Shown: positions 26,408 to 39,424 of the stretch, piece by piece | Numbering within the stretch: position 1 is the stretch's first letter | Layout: every line of letters begins with the position of its first letter | Origin: Mustelus asterias | Lineage: Eukaryota | DNA length: 64,000 nucleotides | Direction: 5' to 3' | Assembly (NCBI RefSeq): GCF_964213995.1 | Contig: NC_135814.1 | Coordinates: 57,288,001 to 57,352,000 of the forward strand | The notes under the pieces: generated by a model | What the model was told of the DNA's origin: nothing | Databases searched by the model: none | What the model saw: only the letters and a program-made list of their open reading frames with translations | Position numbers and translations under genes: made by a program

Positions 26408-28004
26408 TCTTAAAGCGCATCAAGATAGATAAATCCCCGAGTCGTGGTGAAGTGTATCCCAGGACATTGTGGGAGGCTAGGGAGGAAATTGCGGGTCCTC
26501 TAGCAGAGATATTTGAATCATCGATAGTCACAGGTGAGGTGCCTGAAGATTGGAGGGTGGCAAATGTTGTGCCTTTGTTTAAGGAGAGCTGCAGGGAAAA
26601 GCCTGGGAACTACAGGCTGGTGAGCCTCACATCTGTAGTGGGTAAGTTGCTCGAAGGTATTCTGAGAGATAGGATCTACAGGCATTTAGAGAGGCAAAGA
26701 CTGATTGGGACAGTCAGTATGGCTTTGTGAGTGGATGATCATGTCTCACGAATTTGATTGAGTTTTTTGAAGGGGTAACCAAGAAGGTAGATGAGAGCAG
26801 TGCAATTGATGTTGTCTACATGGACTTCAGCAAGGCCTTTGACAAGGTACCGCATGGTAGGTTGTTGCATAAGGTTAAATCTCACAGGATCCAGGGTGAG
26901 GTAGCCAATTTGATACAAAATTGGCTTGATGACTGAAGACAGAGAGAGGGTGATTGTAGAGGATTGTTTTTCAAACTGGAGATCTGTGACCAGCGGTGTG
27001 CCTCAGTGATCGGTGCTGGTTCCACTGTTGTTTGTCATTTATATTAATGATTTGGATGGGAATTTAGGAGGCATGGCTAGTAAGTTTGTAGATGACACCA
27101 AGATTGGCGGCATATTGGACAGTGAAGAAGGTTATCTAGGATTGCAACAGGATCTTGATCAATTAGGCCTGTGGGCTAACGAATGGCAGATGGAGTTTAA
27201 TTTAGATAAATACGAGGTAATGCATTTTGGTAGATCGAACCAGGGCAGGACTTATTCAGTTAATTGGAGGGTGTTGGGGAGAGTTATAGAAGAAAGAGAT
27301 ATAGGGGTACAGGTTCATAGTTCCTTGAAAGTGGAGTCATGGGTGGACAGGGTGATAAAGAAGGCATTCAACATGCTTGGTTTCATTGGTCAAAACATTG
27401 AATACAGGTGTTGGGACATCTTGTTGAAGTTGTACAAGACATTGGTAAGGCCACACTTGGAATACTGTGTACAATTCAGGTCACCCTATTATAGAAAGGA
27501 TATTATTAATCTAGAAAGAATGCAGAAAAAATTTACTAAGATGCTACTGGGACTTGATGGTTTGAGTTATAAGGAGAGGCTGGAGAGACTGAGACTTTTT
27601 TCCCTGGAACGTAGGAGATTTAGAGGTGATCTTATAGAGGTCTATAAAATAATGAGGGGCATAGATAAGGTAGATAGTCAACATCTTTTCCCAATGGGAG
27701 AGGAGTCTAAAACTAGAGGGCATAGGTTTAAGGTGAGAGAGGAGAGATACAAAAGGCTCCAGAGGGGCAATCTTTTCACTCAGAGGGTTGTGTGTGTCTG
27801 GAACAAGCTGCCAGAGGCAGTAGTAGAGGTGGGTACAATTTTGTCTTTTAAAAACCTTTTAGACAGTTACATGGGTAAAATGGGTATCGAGGGATATGGG
27901 CCAAATGCGGGCAATTGGGACTAGCTTAATGGTAAAAACTGGGTGGCATGGACAAGTTGGGCCGAAGGGCTTGTTCCCATGCTGTAAACCTCTATAACTC
28001 GATA
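26408..28004 (+). mobile_element. CR1 LINE ORF2 (RT) 3' part inserted in the Gypsy 3 integrase
   Basis: ORFs 26263-26730, 26754-26936 and 27013-27924 with [25 protein letters not shown] and FVDDTK. Same subfamily as 6336-7342 (ends GYGPNAGNWD). Confidence 0.95.
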
Positions 28005-29967
28005 ACAAATACATACAGCATTCAACTTATTAAAACCATCCAAGATGAGAGGTATCATCCAGAGAAAGCAACAGGATCAGATCGTACGGTGGGAAAACAA
28101 AGCTGTCTTCCGCCATGGACAAGATGTTCTGAGAAGAAACTTTACTACAGGAGAAAAGTGGGTTTCCGCCACAATCATAGCACAGACCGGACCTGTCTCC
28201 CACACTGTCCAGACCACAGATGTCTCATCTGGAGGAGACACAAGGACCAACTGTTTGTGGGAGAACCAATCCGTCAGAGGCAGAACCTGCAGAAAGTCCA
28301 AATCCAACTGTGCTGAGAGACAAGCTGGACCTTCCCAAAAACCTGACACTAACAGAACCTATTGGGGAAAAGAGCACTTTGATTGCAATTCAAGCACCGA
28401 GTCAACCTCAAGTCACAATGCCGACTCTGGTTAAAACAACCACTGACAACGTTCACATCAATCCAAAGGCAGCAGAGGTTACAGCAATGCCAAGAAGCAG
28501 ATGCCTGAGGTTCACTAACAACTATTCAGAGAATGATGACCTCCAAACCGTCTGACTTATTGAGTGTTGTTGTTAATGGATTATTCATGTTATACTTGTT
28601 AAATGTGGTGAGGGGGAGTTTGGTTTAAAGTGGGAGGAGATGCTGTGAACTTATATATTTATAGTGATTCCTCACCACCGGAAGTGACGTCATCGACCGT
28701 TTGCGTGGGTAACTGTGCAGAATAGGTTCGCAGCCTGTACCAAACACATCTCCTTCATAAAGCTCTTGAGTTTGTTGAACGTCCGTGACCTCCTAACCTC
28801 AATTCGACAAACACCACACTTCCGAGGTCCAATGCCGCAGGAGGCTCCACCTCTCTAGGAACTCAGTGACAGCAATATGCCACATGATTGATCTGGAAAT
28901 CACCTCTAGCTGCGTAGAACACCCCATGCCAATGGTGTTGAAGATCACAGTGTCCCTCAACCTCTACATCTCCAGTTCTGTTCAGGGCTCAGTGAGGGAT
29001 CTGGGTGATGTGTGTCAATCAACTGCACACGTCAAGCTGGTGCTATCTTCAGACCTGTCTGTACATTTATCCACTACCAGACAGACTGCACCAGACAGGT
29101 GGAAAGAACCCGAGGCTTTACAGTGATGGCTATGTTCCCACCATCCAGGATGCAGTAGATTGTACTTGTGGCTATCAAGGTGCCAGATCGTCTGTGACCA
29201 CAGGACACAGAATCGCCAAGATTTTCCCTATTACTATGGCAGCTCACATGATGCTTACATCTGCGGCACCCACAGGTATCAAGATTGCTCATGGCTCCTG
29301 CAAGATTGGATGGATTGCACCTGGATGACAGTTTTTAAAAATCTTTCCTTCAATCATTTAAATTTCTTATATTGATGATTATTTTAAAACTCAACGATAG
29401 AGGATACAAGTTCTCTGGTATATCAGTGTTATTGATGGAGGAGAGATCATCAAGATACAAATAAGTGGGTAGCAGCATGAGATGACAGCAATGTGCAGGA
29501 TAGAAGGAAGATGGGGCAGTCCTAAACAAAACAGGAACAATGAAAGCTTTCTGCATATCAAGAACCATTTAACCGCTGGAGAGGGATAATGCAGGGAAGA
29601 AACAAATTCCACTGGGGGAGTGAAAAATGTGAAACAGGCAAATAACAATAAAAAATCTCAGAAATATCCTGAAATTAGATGCTAGTGTATGCAGACATTG
29701 GGGGAAATTGTACACTAAATTGTGTATAAATGAATGAGAGAGGCACGAGGAATAAAATGCCTGATTTGTGAAGAATTTGATGCAATATTAGCACATTGAG
29801 GAATGTTGATAACATCAAAGGGTAATAACACGTATCAGAATATGGATTATTCAGGAAAGGTAGACAAGAAAGAAGGCTGAACAACTTATTATAGCTGGAA
29901 CATTGAAGAGGTTAGAAAGGTGCAATGTGTGATTTAAGCACCTGACCTGCACAAGGTTAAAAAACAA

Positions 29968-30725
29968 GAGCTGGGAATTTCTGCTCCCATTTTTATCGGG
30001 TGGATTCGGCGATGGTGGAGAATTGGTGGAGAATCTCGTGAGATGTGCAAATTGAGTTTCATGGTGATGTAAAAGTGTGATGCAATTTCCCTCATCCCTC
30101 ACCAATGATGTAACAGGTTCAGGAATATAATTTCCATTCATTAACACCTAATTATCAGGTCTCTAACCCTGAATAATCCCCTCCCATAAGAAGGTTCATT
30201 CACGTTAGTGTGAGGACAAACCAGCATGGACCATGACTGATCTCCCAAGCTGTGCATCTGGCAAACAGACTTCCCAAAGGAGCTCAGGTGAGTGTGTCAC
30301 TTTGGGGGAAGAGTGCCATACCTGGACACTGCCCCCTGGCATTGCTCTTGCACTTAGTGATGAGCAGTAAGTGCTGGCCAGCCAGTGACACCCATATCCC
30401 ATTAATGAATTGAAAAAAGTTCCAAGGGGCAATGCCATGGGGCTGTGCCCAGGCAGTGCCCAGGCAGGGCTCGGGGTTTGTGTAGAGAGGAGGTGCATGT
30501 GAGGCAGGGAGGGTTCCAAATGAACATTTGTGCACTGGAGAGGCCTTTAAGAATGGTGCCCCGATCTTCAAAAAGCTAAGAGCCTGCCAGCATGTTGTTA
30601 TGGGAAATGCCTGTTGCCACTTGTTTCACTATGTCCCGAACGATATGGCTGAGGAAGTTCCATTTGGTGATGGTAGTTTCAAAGCTGCTTTTCAACCTTT
30701 TATTGACCTTTGCTGATATTTGGGA
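29968..30725. mobile_element. Probable Harbinger-derived non-autonomous repeat
   Basis: GC-richer segment starting GCTGGGAATTTC with TGCC/GGCA motifs. Resembles 50488-50860. Confidence 0.4.
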
Positions 30726-31701
30726 AAATTTATTTTTCTTTATTCCACCGGCATCAAAACCATACGAACTGTCAAGGGAAAGGGTAACTCCAAGAAACAA
30801 CCATTCATGGAGAATTCTGCAGATCTCTGTCCTAGTTGCGGCCTTGCTTCCTCAGCACAGCACTCAACAGGCATGTTCAGGCTAGTCCTATGGCCAGTTC
30901 CTGGCTCTCTCTCACTCATACACTCACATGTGGCTTGTCACCTAGGAATCCGGTCCGAGAGAGTCAATCTCTCTAGGCTGATTCCCCTTCTTGGCTCTTT
31001 AGTCACCCTCAGAAGCTTCAAACTACCCTCAACTCCAACAATGAATGCAGCTTATAGATGACCTTTCTCTGACGATGCTTGAGCGGCCCAAGTCCTTCTG
31101 ATCGAGGCTTAGCCTGTGGAAAGCGTCACAAGTCCTGGCTTTGCCCTGGCTGCTTTCTCTCTCACCTTAAGGCATATGGACCCATCCCTCAGCTTGTCAA
31201 AGACATTGTTCAATGTCCCACAAGAACCGACCAATTCTCCTGCTCGGTGCTCTCCCCCACCATCGCTACCTGCTGCCAGAGGCCCCTCTACAAAAGTTCA
31301 TCCACTGGGTGGTGATAAGTTACATAATAAGCTACCCAGGTCAGAGCTCCTTAATGTGAAGACAATAAAGTTAACTAATAATATACTACAGAGCAGCAGA
31401 TCCAAATAAAAAGGAAATTGGATTGTTTCAGGTATAGGGTGTGTGAAAATTCAAAGTTATTTTATTAGAGGATATTAATCAGCCAAACCTAAGTAGGAAA
31501 TACACAATTTAGAGAACAAGTTGATAAAGATAATTGTTAACTGCTTCATGACCCATTGGACTGGGGAAGCCACAAAAAGCATTCATATCCTAACTTGAGT
31601 AAGTTAAGTGAACCAGAAAGCATATATGAGATACAATCTTTGGAAGGTACCCATTGAAGATGGATTAAGTTAGTTATGATTCAGAAACCAAGATTCAGAT
31701 A

Positions 31702-31938
31702 CAGTAAGAAGTTTCACAACACCAGGTTAAAGTCCAACAGGTTTATTTGGAATCACGAGCTTTTGGAGCACTGCTCCTTCATCAGGTGATGAAGGAGTCC
31801 TTTAGGTTACCCTTCATCAGGTGATGAAGGAGCAGCGCTCCGAAAGCTCATGATTCCAAATAAACCTGTTGGACTTTAACCTGGTGTTGTGAGACGTCTT
31901 ACTGTGCCCATCGCAGTCCAACGCCGGCATCTCCACAT
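31702..31938. mobile_element. Mini Penelope insertion (inverted pLTR pair)
   Basis: TSD CAAGATTCAGATA (31689-31701, 31939-31951). Arms of about 85 bp with two damaged hammerhead cores. Confidence 0.9.
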
Positions 31939-32007
31939 CAAGATTCAGATATAACATGCATTTTTGTACACTTCCTGTTTCATTAACATTCATACCCTGT
32001 AACACCT

Positions 32008-33075
32008 AGGGGAGGTGGTGGCATAGTGGTATTGTTGCTAAACGAGTGACCAGGTCAATGTTCTGGGGGCACAGGTTCAAATCCTGCCACGGCAGATGGC
32101 AAAATTTGAATTCAATAAAATCCTGGGATTAAAAGTCTAGTGATTATCGTGAAGCAATCTGATTTTTTAGGGGCAGCATGGTGGCACAGTTATTAGCACT
32201 GCTGTCTCACAGCGCCAGAGACCCGGGTTCAATTCCGGCCTTGGGTAACTGTCCGTGTGGAGTTTGCACATTCTCCCCATGTCTGCGTGGCTTCACTCCG
32301 GATGCTCCGGTTTCCCTTTCGGAAGTTGCGACAGAATCTGCTTCCATTGGCCCTGAGCTATAGCACAGAGTGTAACCAAAGATCACGATGCTAACTGAGT
32401 GGATCGTGAATGAAGCGAGAAGTGGGGATTTGGTGGAGAGGAGGAAGGGGGTGCTTTGGTTAGCACTGCTCCTCATAGTGCCAAGGACACGGGTTCAATT
32501 CCAGCCTTAGGTAACTGTCCTTGTGGAGTTTGCACATTCTCCCTGTGTCTGCATGCGTTTCCTCCGGGTGCTCCGGTTTCCTCCCACAGTCCAAAGATGT
32601 GCAGGTTAGGTGGATTGGCCATGCTAAATTGACATTAGTGTCAGGGGGATTAATTGGGTAAATATGTGAGGTTACGGGGATAGGGCCTGGCTGGGATTGT
32701 TGTCAGTGCAGGTTCAATGAGCTGAATGGCCTCCTTCTGCACTGTAGGGATTCTATGATTCCATGATTTACCTTTCCCTGCAATTTTTTCTTCAGTCATG
32801 TTTTCATCCTCACCGTTCTGGTAATGTCCCACTGACCATCCCACTATTTTCCTTATATATTGCTGTCACATTTTTCTGATACTTCCCTTTTGAGTCCTTT
32901 AGGTTACCCTTTAGGTTAGGTGGATTAGCTGTAGTAAATGTGTGGGGTTATGGGGATAGGCAGGGAGAGGACTTGGGTAAGATACTCTGTCAGAGAGTTG
33001 GTGCAGATTCAATGGGCCGATTGGCCTCCTTCTGCACTGTAGGGATTCTATGAGTCTATAGTATTCTATGAGTCC
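32008..33075 (+). mobile_element. SINE cluster: tRNA-SINE head at 32008-32165; HE1 copies at 32170-32320, 32457-32762 and 32912-33075
   Basis: HE1 heads and V-domains. CR1-derived tails GGCCTCCTTCTGCACTGTAGGGATTCTATG. TSD TGAGTCCT around the last copy. Confidence 0.8.
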
Positions 33076-34912
33076 TGTAATATTGGTAGGAGGTGAAGTT
33101 TCATCGCTCAATAGTTGTCTTGGAAAGTAGTTAGATGAGAGTTCTCTGAGTGAACACATTTAGATGCTCAGTGGGGCAGGCATTGGATGTACAAAGCTGG
33201 AATACAGCACCAAATAGCAGACAAAACAGCAGGGCATGGCACCAGGTAGAAGAACAACGACCTTTACTCTGCTTCATGGAGGTTGGAAGCCAGAGATCCA
33301 GGAATGCCTATGCCAGCAAGCCACTCAGGAACATCAGTTTTGCCAGCTGAAGGGAGGTGGCAGTGCTCCTTGCCCACATTGAGCATCAACTCTTTGTCCT
33401 CTTAAAGCAACACTTAGACAACAAACTCTTCACAATGTGCTCTGGGTGAAGGCATCTTGCACTATGGTCACCCAGCTCCTTTTAGGGAGGGAGAATTCCT
33501 AACCTTAAATCTTCATGCCCCACAGAAAGGCAATGGAACGCATGGGGAGGCACTCTACTCTTGCAGTCAGAGATGGTGAGGTTGGTGGCGTATCGCCATT
33601 GTTGAGTTCATGTTTGAATACGTACATTGCCACCTGCCAGCCCTGTAGAGCACCATACAGACACACCCTTGCATGTTCTTGCTTTCCTGTAACTCCAAGT
33701 GTCTAATGCTCACTGATTCACGGTCTCTACCCTCCTTTCCTTCAGAATCATTGGAGTAAAGGTGGGAGAGGAATGATATGGGATGTGGGGTGTGTGGTGG
33801 ATGGAGGATGATGAAGTGGGAGATAATAAAAAGAAGCCACAGACAAAACAGATCTTATTTGTTGACTATAACATTAATAATGATAGTGAGAAATGTCACG
33901 AAGAAACCAACGAAGGATGATCCTGTCTCATGGTTTGCTGTCCCAGTCCTTTCAATGTTATCTAATGCCATTTGCTGTTTTTACTGTCAGGCACCAACTT
34001 ATATATTGGACTGAATTTTATGTAGTGGGAGGAAGTGGAGGGCCAGGGGGAGGGAGAGGGAGGTTGGGTATCAAGCCCTTCCACATGTAAATGTCATGGG
34101 CAAGCATGGCCTTGCTTGGCTGGCTTGCTCCTCAGCCATTTAATGGCCATCAAACTGTTAATTTGCTTGTGGTAGGGCTACAGAGCTGTTAACCATCCAA
34201 TTGGCCCTCAGCTCTTTAAGACAGGATGTTCTCCTGAGATAGGGACAGAAGTCTCGCCCTGCAGCAATTAGAATTGTTTCCAGAGTTAAACTGCTGCAGG
34301 GCAGCTGTTGAGATTGTGGGCACTCCCTGATGTTTTAGCCGTGGAGGAGCGGGCACTCCAGAACCCAATATCATCCGGCCTTATCCATTCCCTGTCATAT
34401 CTTGGAAACTACAGTTAAGATCACCGTTAATCATCTAAATTCCTGGGAATGCAACACAGTTTGTGTAATCTTGTAGTTTAACCCCTGGAGTCCATGAATC
34501 ACTCTGGTTAATATAAGCTGTATTCTCTCCAAGGCCAGGATACCCTGCCTGAGGTGTGGTGCCCAAAACTGCTCACAGTTCACTAGCTATGGTTTAACCA
34601 CAGCTTTGTATAGCTGAAGGATGATTTCTACCCCATTATGTTCTAGTCCTCTGGATATAAAGGCCATTATTCCTTTTTTTTTTTGGTTATTCTCTGTATC
34701 TGCTCATGACAATTAATGATCTATGGACCTGGACCCCCAAGTCTCTATGGACCTCCAATGTTTCTAGCTCATCGCTATTTAGAAAGTTTGGATCCAAAGT
34801 GGATGACCTTACATCTTCCTACATTGAAATCCATTTGCCACTGCTTTGCTTTTTAACTTAATCTATCAACATCTCTCTATCATTTTAAGCATCCGTCTAC
34901 ATGCCTTACAAT

Positions 34913-36167
34913 TGTTAGGAAAACAAAAGTAATTTTAAGAAACTTATATTTAGATTGATAAACATTAGAAATAAAGTATAGTTTTAACTGGGTTTAATTT
35001 AATGTTTCTGTGCCTGGAAGGGTAAAAACCTATAGTTAGATTCATGTTGGACAAGGTGTGGGGGTTGGTTTCAGTTCCAACTGTGATTTTACTGTGCTTA
35101 GATAAAACTATGGCATGAAGAGTAAATGGACAAGCTGTGGTTGCTTAGCAACCGGCGTCTTGTAAGGTAGAGAAGCTTTTAAGTTTTAGTTTAGCTAATT
35201 TAGTTGCAGTTGGCGATAGGTAGTAAGAGAAAAGACAGCTCTCACAGCTCTGCGAGAAGCAGTTGGTTTTAGATAGCAAATAAGTAACATCGCTCTTGGC
35301 CTTGATAGAAGAAAAGCCATGCAATGGAATAATGATTAAGAAAACAAATGCCAGAATTCTAAAGTCCAGCTGATTAAGGAAACTAGAGAAATTAAAAGAA
35401 GTTTCCAAAAATTCCGGAGTTAATACAACAGGGGAAACTTGGAACCAGAAAAGATTACTGATAGTAAAATGACAGAGTTGAAAAGGCATTGGATTTGTGA
35501 GAGGCCAGAAAGATATCTGCAGTAGTGCTAACATTTGTGAAAAATTACTTCAGTTTGTGAGACATTATTTGAAATAATTGTGGAAATCGGTGGCTGGACC
35601 TCGGAGTTGGTGTAAAAGCCTTTAAGGGAGAGGTGTTAAACCTGAAAGTGAAACCTTGATGGAAGCAGCAGCGGGAAGGCATCATTTAAAGGAAGATTTG
35701 AAAGTGTGACTTTTGAAAGTGGAATTTGAAATCAGTCATGTGGAAGCTGGAGCTCAGTGAGACGACACGACTCATGGTATAACAATCATCTGGGGGATTT
35801 TGAGGAGAAATCCACAGACATCCACTTGTGTTCAAAGTGTGTCTTACCACAGTCATCCTGTGTGCTTAAAAGGGAGTTTGTGTGTTAATGGGATCGTTGT
35901 AGTTTAAGATGTACTTTGTCATCCGTGTTAATCTAAAATTGTGTGTAATTGTTAAGATCGGGGGGGGAGGGAAGTAAATGAGTATTGTATCATAATCCAA
36001 TTTTTTCATGCTTCATAATTTTTTTTCTTGTTGTAAAAATTAATTCGCTGTTCTGTGACTCTGTTCCTCCATATTTTATAAAAAAATGTAAAAGTTACGG
36101 TCTTTTGAGCCAGGGTTCCATTATGGGATCTTCCTGTCCAATTTTAACACTAACTGGAACCGTAGCA
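34913..36167 (+). mobile_element. Long (~1.25 kb) solo LTR
   Basis: TGTTA...TAGCA ends with 4-bp TSD CAAT (34909-34912, 36168-36171). The host CR1 continues on both sides. Confidence 0.8.
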
Positions 36168-36329
36168 CAATGCGCTTTGTGGCATTAGCATATTTGGATA
36201 TGTGACCTTCTATTTCACTAAGTTAATTAATCAATATGGTGAATTGTTAAGGAGCTAATACTGATCCTCGCAGGACACCACCAGTATCGACCTATCAATT
36301 AGCGTACTTGCACATTATCCCTACTCTCT

Positions 36330-36895
36330 GGGCAGGATTTTCCGGTCATGCTCGCCCCATAGAATCATAGACCACCAACAGTGCAGAAGGAGGCCATTTG
36401 GCCCATCAAGCCTGCACCAATACAATCCCACCCAGGCTCTATCCCGTAACCCCACGTATTTACCTTGCTAGTCCCCCGACACTAAGGGGCTATTTAGCAT
36501 TGCCAATCAACCTAACCTGCACATCTTTGATCTGTGGGAAGAAATTTCCTTATTGTTCTTGATGCATTAATGATGTACAAACAGTGCCTGCAATATTTTC
36601 TGGCAGGAAAATTACTGCCCAATTTCTACCACTTAACCTAACTTAGCTTAAACATAATGTTGTTTAGAAATTGCACCCGGAGGAAACCCACAAGGACGCA
36701 GGGAGAATGTGCAAACTTCATACAGACAGTGAATTGAACCCGGATCCCTGGCGCTGTGAGGCAGCAGTGCTAACCACTGTGCCCACCATGCTGCCTAAAG
36801 CCTGTAAATCCTGCCCGAGGTCAGTGGACCTTTTCATGGTCCGTGTCTGACCTGCTATGATTCCCGTGGCAGGGCGGGATGGGAAAATTCCGCCC
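36330..36895. mobile_element. Harbinger-type MITE containing a nested HE1 SINE (36360-36796, minus strand)
   Basis: TIRs GGGCAGGATTTTCC / GGAAAATTCCGCCC and 3-bp TSD TCT. Confidence 0.82.
36543..36674 (-). repeat. Inverted copy of 37170-37301 inserted in the HE1 SINE
   Basis: 132 bp with about 4 mismatches by eye. Confidence 0.92.
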
Positions 36896-37536
36896 TCTGT
36901 CTCTTTCTGCTCAGTCAGTTACCTAACTTAGCCAATAAGTTATCTTTTTAGCTACCACTCTTTTCTGTGGGACTTTATCAAGTGCCTTCTGGAAATCCAC
37001 ATAAATAATATTCATAGACATTCCCTTTCCCACCAGGTTAGTTGCCTTTTCAAAAAATTCAATCAGGTTTGTCAGGCATGTCCCACCCGTGACAAATCCA
37101 TGATGACCCGCTCGGATCATCTGAGCATTTTCGAGATGTTCAGCCTCGTTTCATTCATTATAAACTTTAGCAATTTCTAAACAACATTATGTTTAAGCCA
37201 AGTTAGGTTAAGTGGTAGAAATTGGGCAGTAATTTTCCTGCCGGAAAATATTGCAGGCACTGTTTGTACATCATTAATGAATCAAGAACAATGAGGAAAT
37301 TCACTGGCATCTTCAACGCAATTGGCCCTCTTACCTCTTTAACTTTGAGATTTCCAATCCAGATGATGAAGGCTTTTGAAACCTTTCAGATATGTTTTGG
37401 TGTTTGCTTATTAAGTTAAATTATGTTTCAATTCTTTTTATTTTAAATGCTTTCAATAGTTTCCTGCCTTCATGTTCTTTCTGCCATTCCCCTCGCCAGG
37501 ATGGTCTGCTCCTGTTCCCAATGGTCTATCATAGCA

Positions 37537-37851
37537 TCATAGAATCCCTACACTGTTGAAGGAGGTTATTTGGCCCATCAGGCCTGCACCGACAACAATC
37601 CCACCCAGGCCCTATCCCTGTAACCCCACGTATTTACCCTGATAATCTCCCTGATGCTAACAGGCAATTTAGCATGGCCAACCAACCTAACCCACACATC
37701 TTTGGAGTGTGGGAGAAAACAGGAGCACCCGGAGGAAACCCACGCACACACAAGGAGAACGTGCAAACTCCACACAGGCAGAGGCCGGAATTGAACCCAG
37801 GTGCCTGGTGCTGTGAGGCAGAAGTGCTAACCACTGTGCTGCCATGCTGCC
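37537..37851 (-). mobile_element. HE1/V-SINE, full length
   Basis: Reverse-complement head GGCAGCATGGCAGCACAGTGGTTAGCAC, V-domain and CR1 tail. Confidence 0.9.
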
Positions 37852-38174
37852 TATCTATTCTTGGTCGCCATCAAATTCCATCAACTGTCTTTGTCTGTTA
37901 TCAGCTTCCTGCTATCGATTCTCAGCTGTCCCCTGCCCTGTCCCCAGGCCTTCAGTCTGTACAATGGTTCCTTTGGGCATCAGGCCTCGTGCTTCACCAG
38001 TGTAATTCATTACTAAATGGCTTTGTAGCCTCGTATCCTCATGGCCAGTGCCGGTCCCTTTTGCAGGTCTGTGCTCTTAGTTGGGAAACCAGCACTTTTT
38101 TAAAGCTAATATAAATAAAGCGGTTCAATAGTTTATGCCCCATGTCATCTCACTCTCACTGCTGATCAACACTC

Positions 38175-38493
38175 AGCAGTAGCTCTCCAGTCTTCCCCTG
38201 CAAGGGTCTCCTGGGTAGTATTGGTATGCTGCATGCTACACAACATGGCGTAGTGGAGGGGCCTAAAAATAGAGGGGGCAGAATCTGTGCCCACATCTAC
38301 ATCGTCTGAGAAGGAGGATGATGAGGAACCGGAGGAGGCTCAGGAGGAGGAGGTGGAGGAGGTTCCAGCTCATGGATCTGACTTGGAGGAGGAAGAAGGC
38401 AGCAAAGACAGACGAGCTGAGGGGCCTGCTCATGTAGCCATGGCTGTCTCTTTGCAGGAGAGGATTTCACCAGAAGCCTCGAATCCAGAGTAG
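38175..38493 (+). pseudogene. Harbinger transposase C-terminal remnant
   Basis: ALQSSPARVSWVVLVCCMLHNMA*WRG followed by an acidic tail, like the HARBI1 LQYSP..CC.LHN motif. Confidence 0.7.
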
Positions 38494-39424
38494 CTTCATT
38501 TAGGCTCCTGAAAACTCATAAATAACATTAGCCAGTCTCTGGCGAGCAACTTCCACATAATAAACCTTTCACGTGGAAGACATACATCCTCAGGATGATG
38601 CCCATCCCCACCAAGAGAGAAAACCAACAGCACGTAACAAAAGTCAGCACCATAAACTTGGCTGAAATCTTGATAACTTTTGGCCTCAACACAGTATACA
38701 AACGCACCTTAAGAAGTCCTTCACAACCTAGACTCTGCACATATCTGTTAGTGAGCCAGCAAAGGCCGAATCAAACCATGCCCCAATGCTGAGAGTGTCG
38801 GTAAGAAGCAGGATTTTACATCCAATACCTACAGGTATAATCACATGTGTTAACAATACTGTAGTCAATGCACATTGTGCAAGGTAAGGCCACAACAACA
38901 TTAGACTACTCCTTTAATAACCTTACACCCTGTCCTTCATCCAGCATCCTGGTTCAAAACTGTGCAACATTTGCAACATGCAATGCTACCAGAAACCTCA
39001 GCTCCCTTAGAAAACATAACCTCTACCACCTGTTAGGCAAAGGCTTCCATTATTGTGGCGAGACCATACAAACACATCTATGTGTGGAGTATTTACCGAG
39101 GTGAATGTGTAACGCTCACATGAGGATGACTGCCTTTCACACAGTGCTTATTCTTGAAGAGCATTTGATGAACTCCATCTGAATATTAGACCTCCTTTAA
39201 AGTCAACCATTGGACAATAGATGGTAGAAGGAGCATCTCAATCTGCAATCTTTGGTACACTTCTACCTCATGTGAAGGTGGAGAATGCAACAGCCTTTGT
39301 ACACCCACATTGAATGCTGTTGCATGTGTCTCTCCATGACATTGGACAATCTCGCATGGTCAGAGCTCATGTGGTTGAACCCCTGGAATAATGTGGACCT
39401 CATGGTGGATATGGACTCCCCCAT

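Larger units (their letters stand above)
22369..28818 (+). mobile_element. Gypsy LTR retrotransposon 3, full-length but decayed
   Basis: LTRs at 22369-22581 and 28641-28818. PPT AAAGTGGGAGGAGA. Gag CRNCGRKGHIERIC, RT LDDILVTG, RNase H CDTSPYGVG, integrase HGGHCG..YFWWPGLD..C..C. Confidence 0.9.
21862..29326 (+). mobile_element. Decayed PIF/Harbinger transposon (transposase split by Gypsy 3)
   Basis: RRYYPVARVYR before 22369 continues after 28818 as SEVQCRRRLHLSRNSVTAICHMI...KITVSLNLY..GDVCQS, then IQDAVDCT and HDAYI (HARBI1-like DDE motifs). Confidence 0.7.
34340..37185 (-). mobile_element. Old CR1 LINE remnant split by a solo LTR, a MITE and a SINE
   Basis: ORF 36923-37120 (HGFVTGGTCLTNLIEFFE..YVDFQKALDKVP). 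RT C-terminal remnants at 34370-34910. Confidence 0.75.

Noticed and set aside
28820-29326. Domesticated HARBI1 gene
   Set aside because: Frameshifts, deletions and a Gypsy insertion mark it as a dead transposon copy.
29391-29521. Minus-strand exon candidate after a good acceptor
   Set aside because: No convincing donor and no recognisable peptide.
30730-31320. Possible old LINE endonuclease fragment
   Set aside because: Only a faint PTR motif. Cannot be supported without a search.
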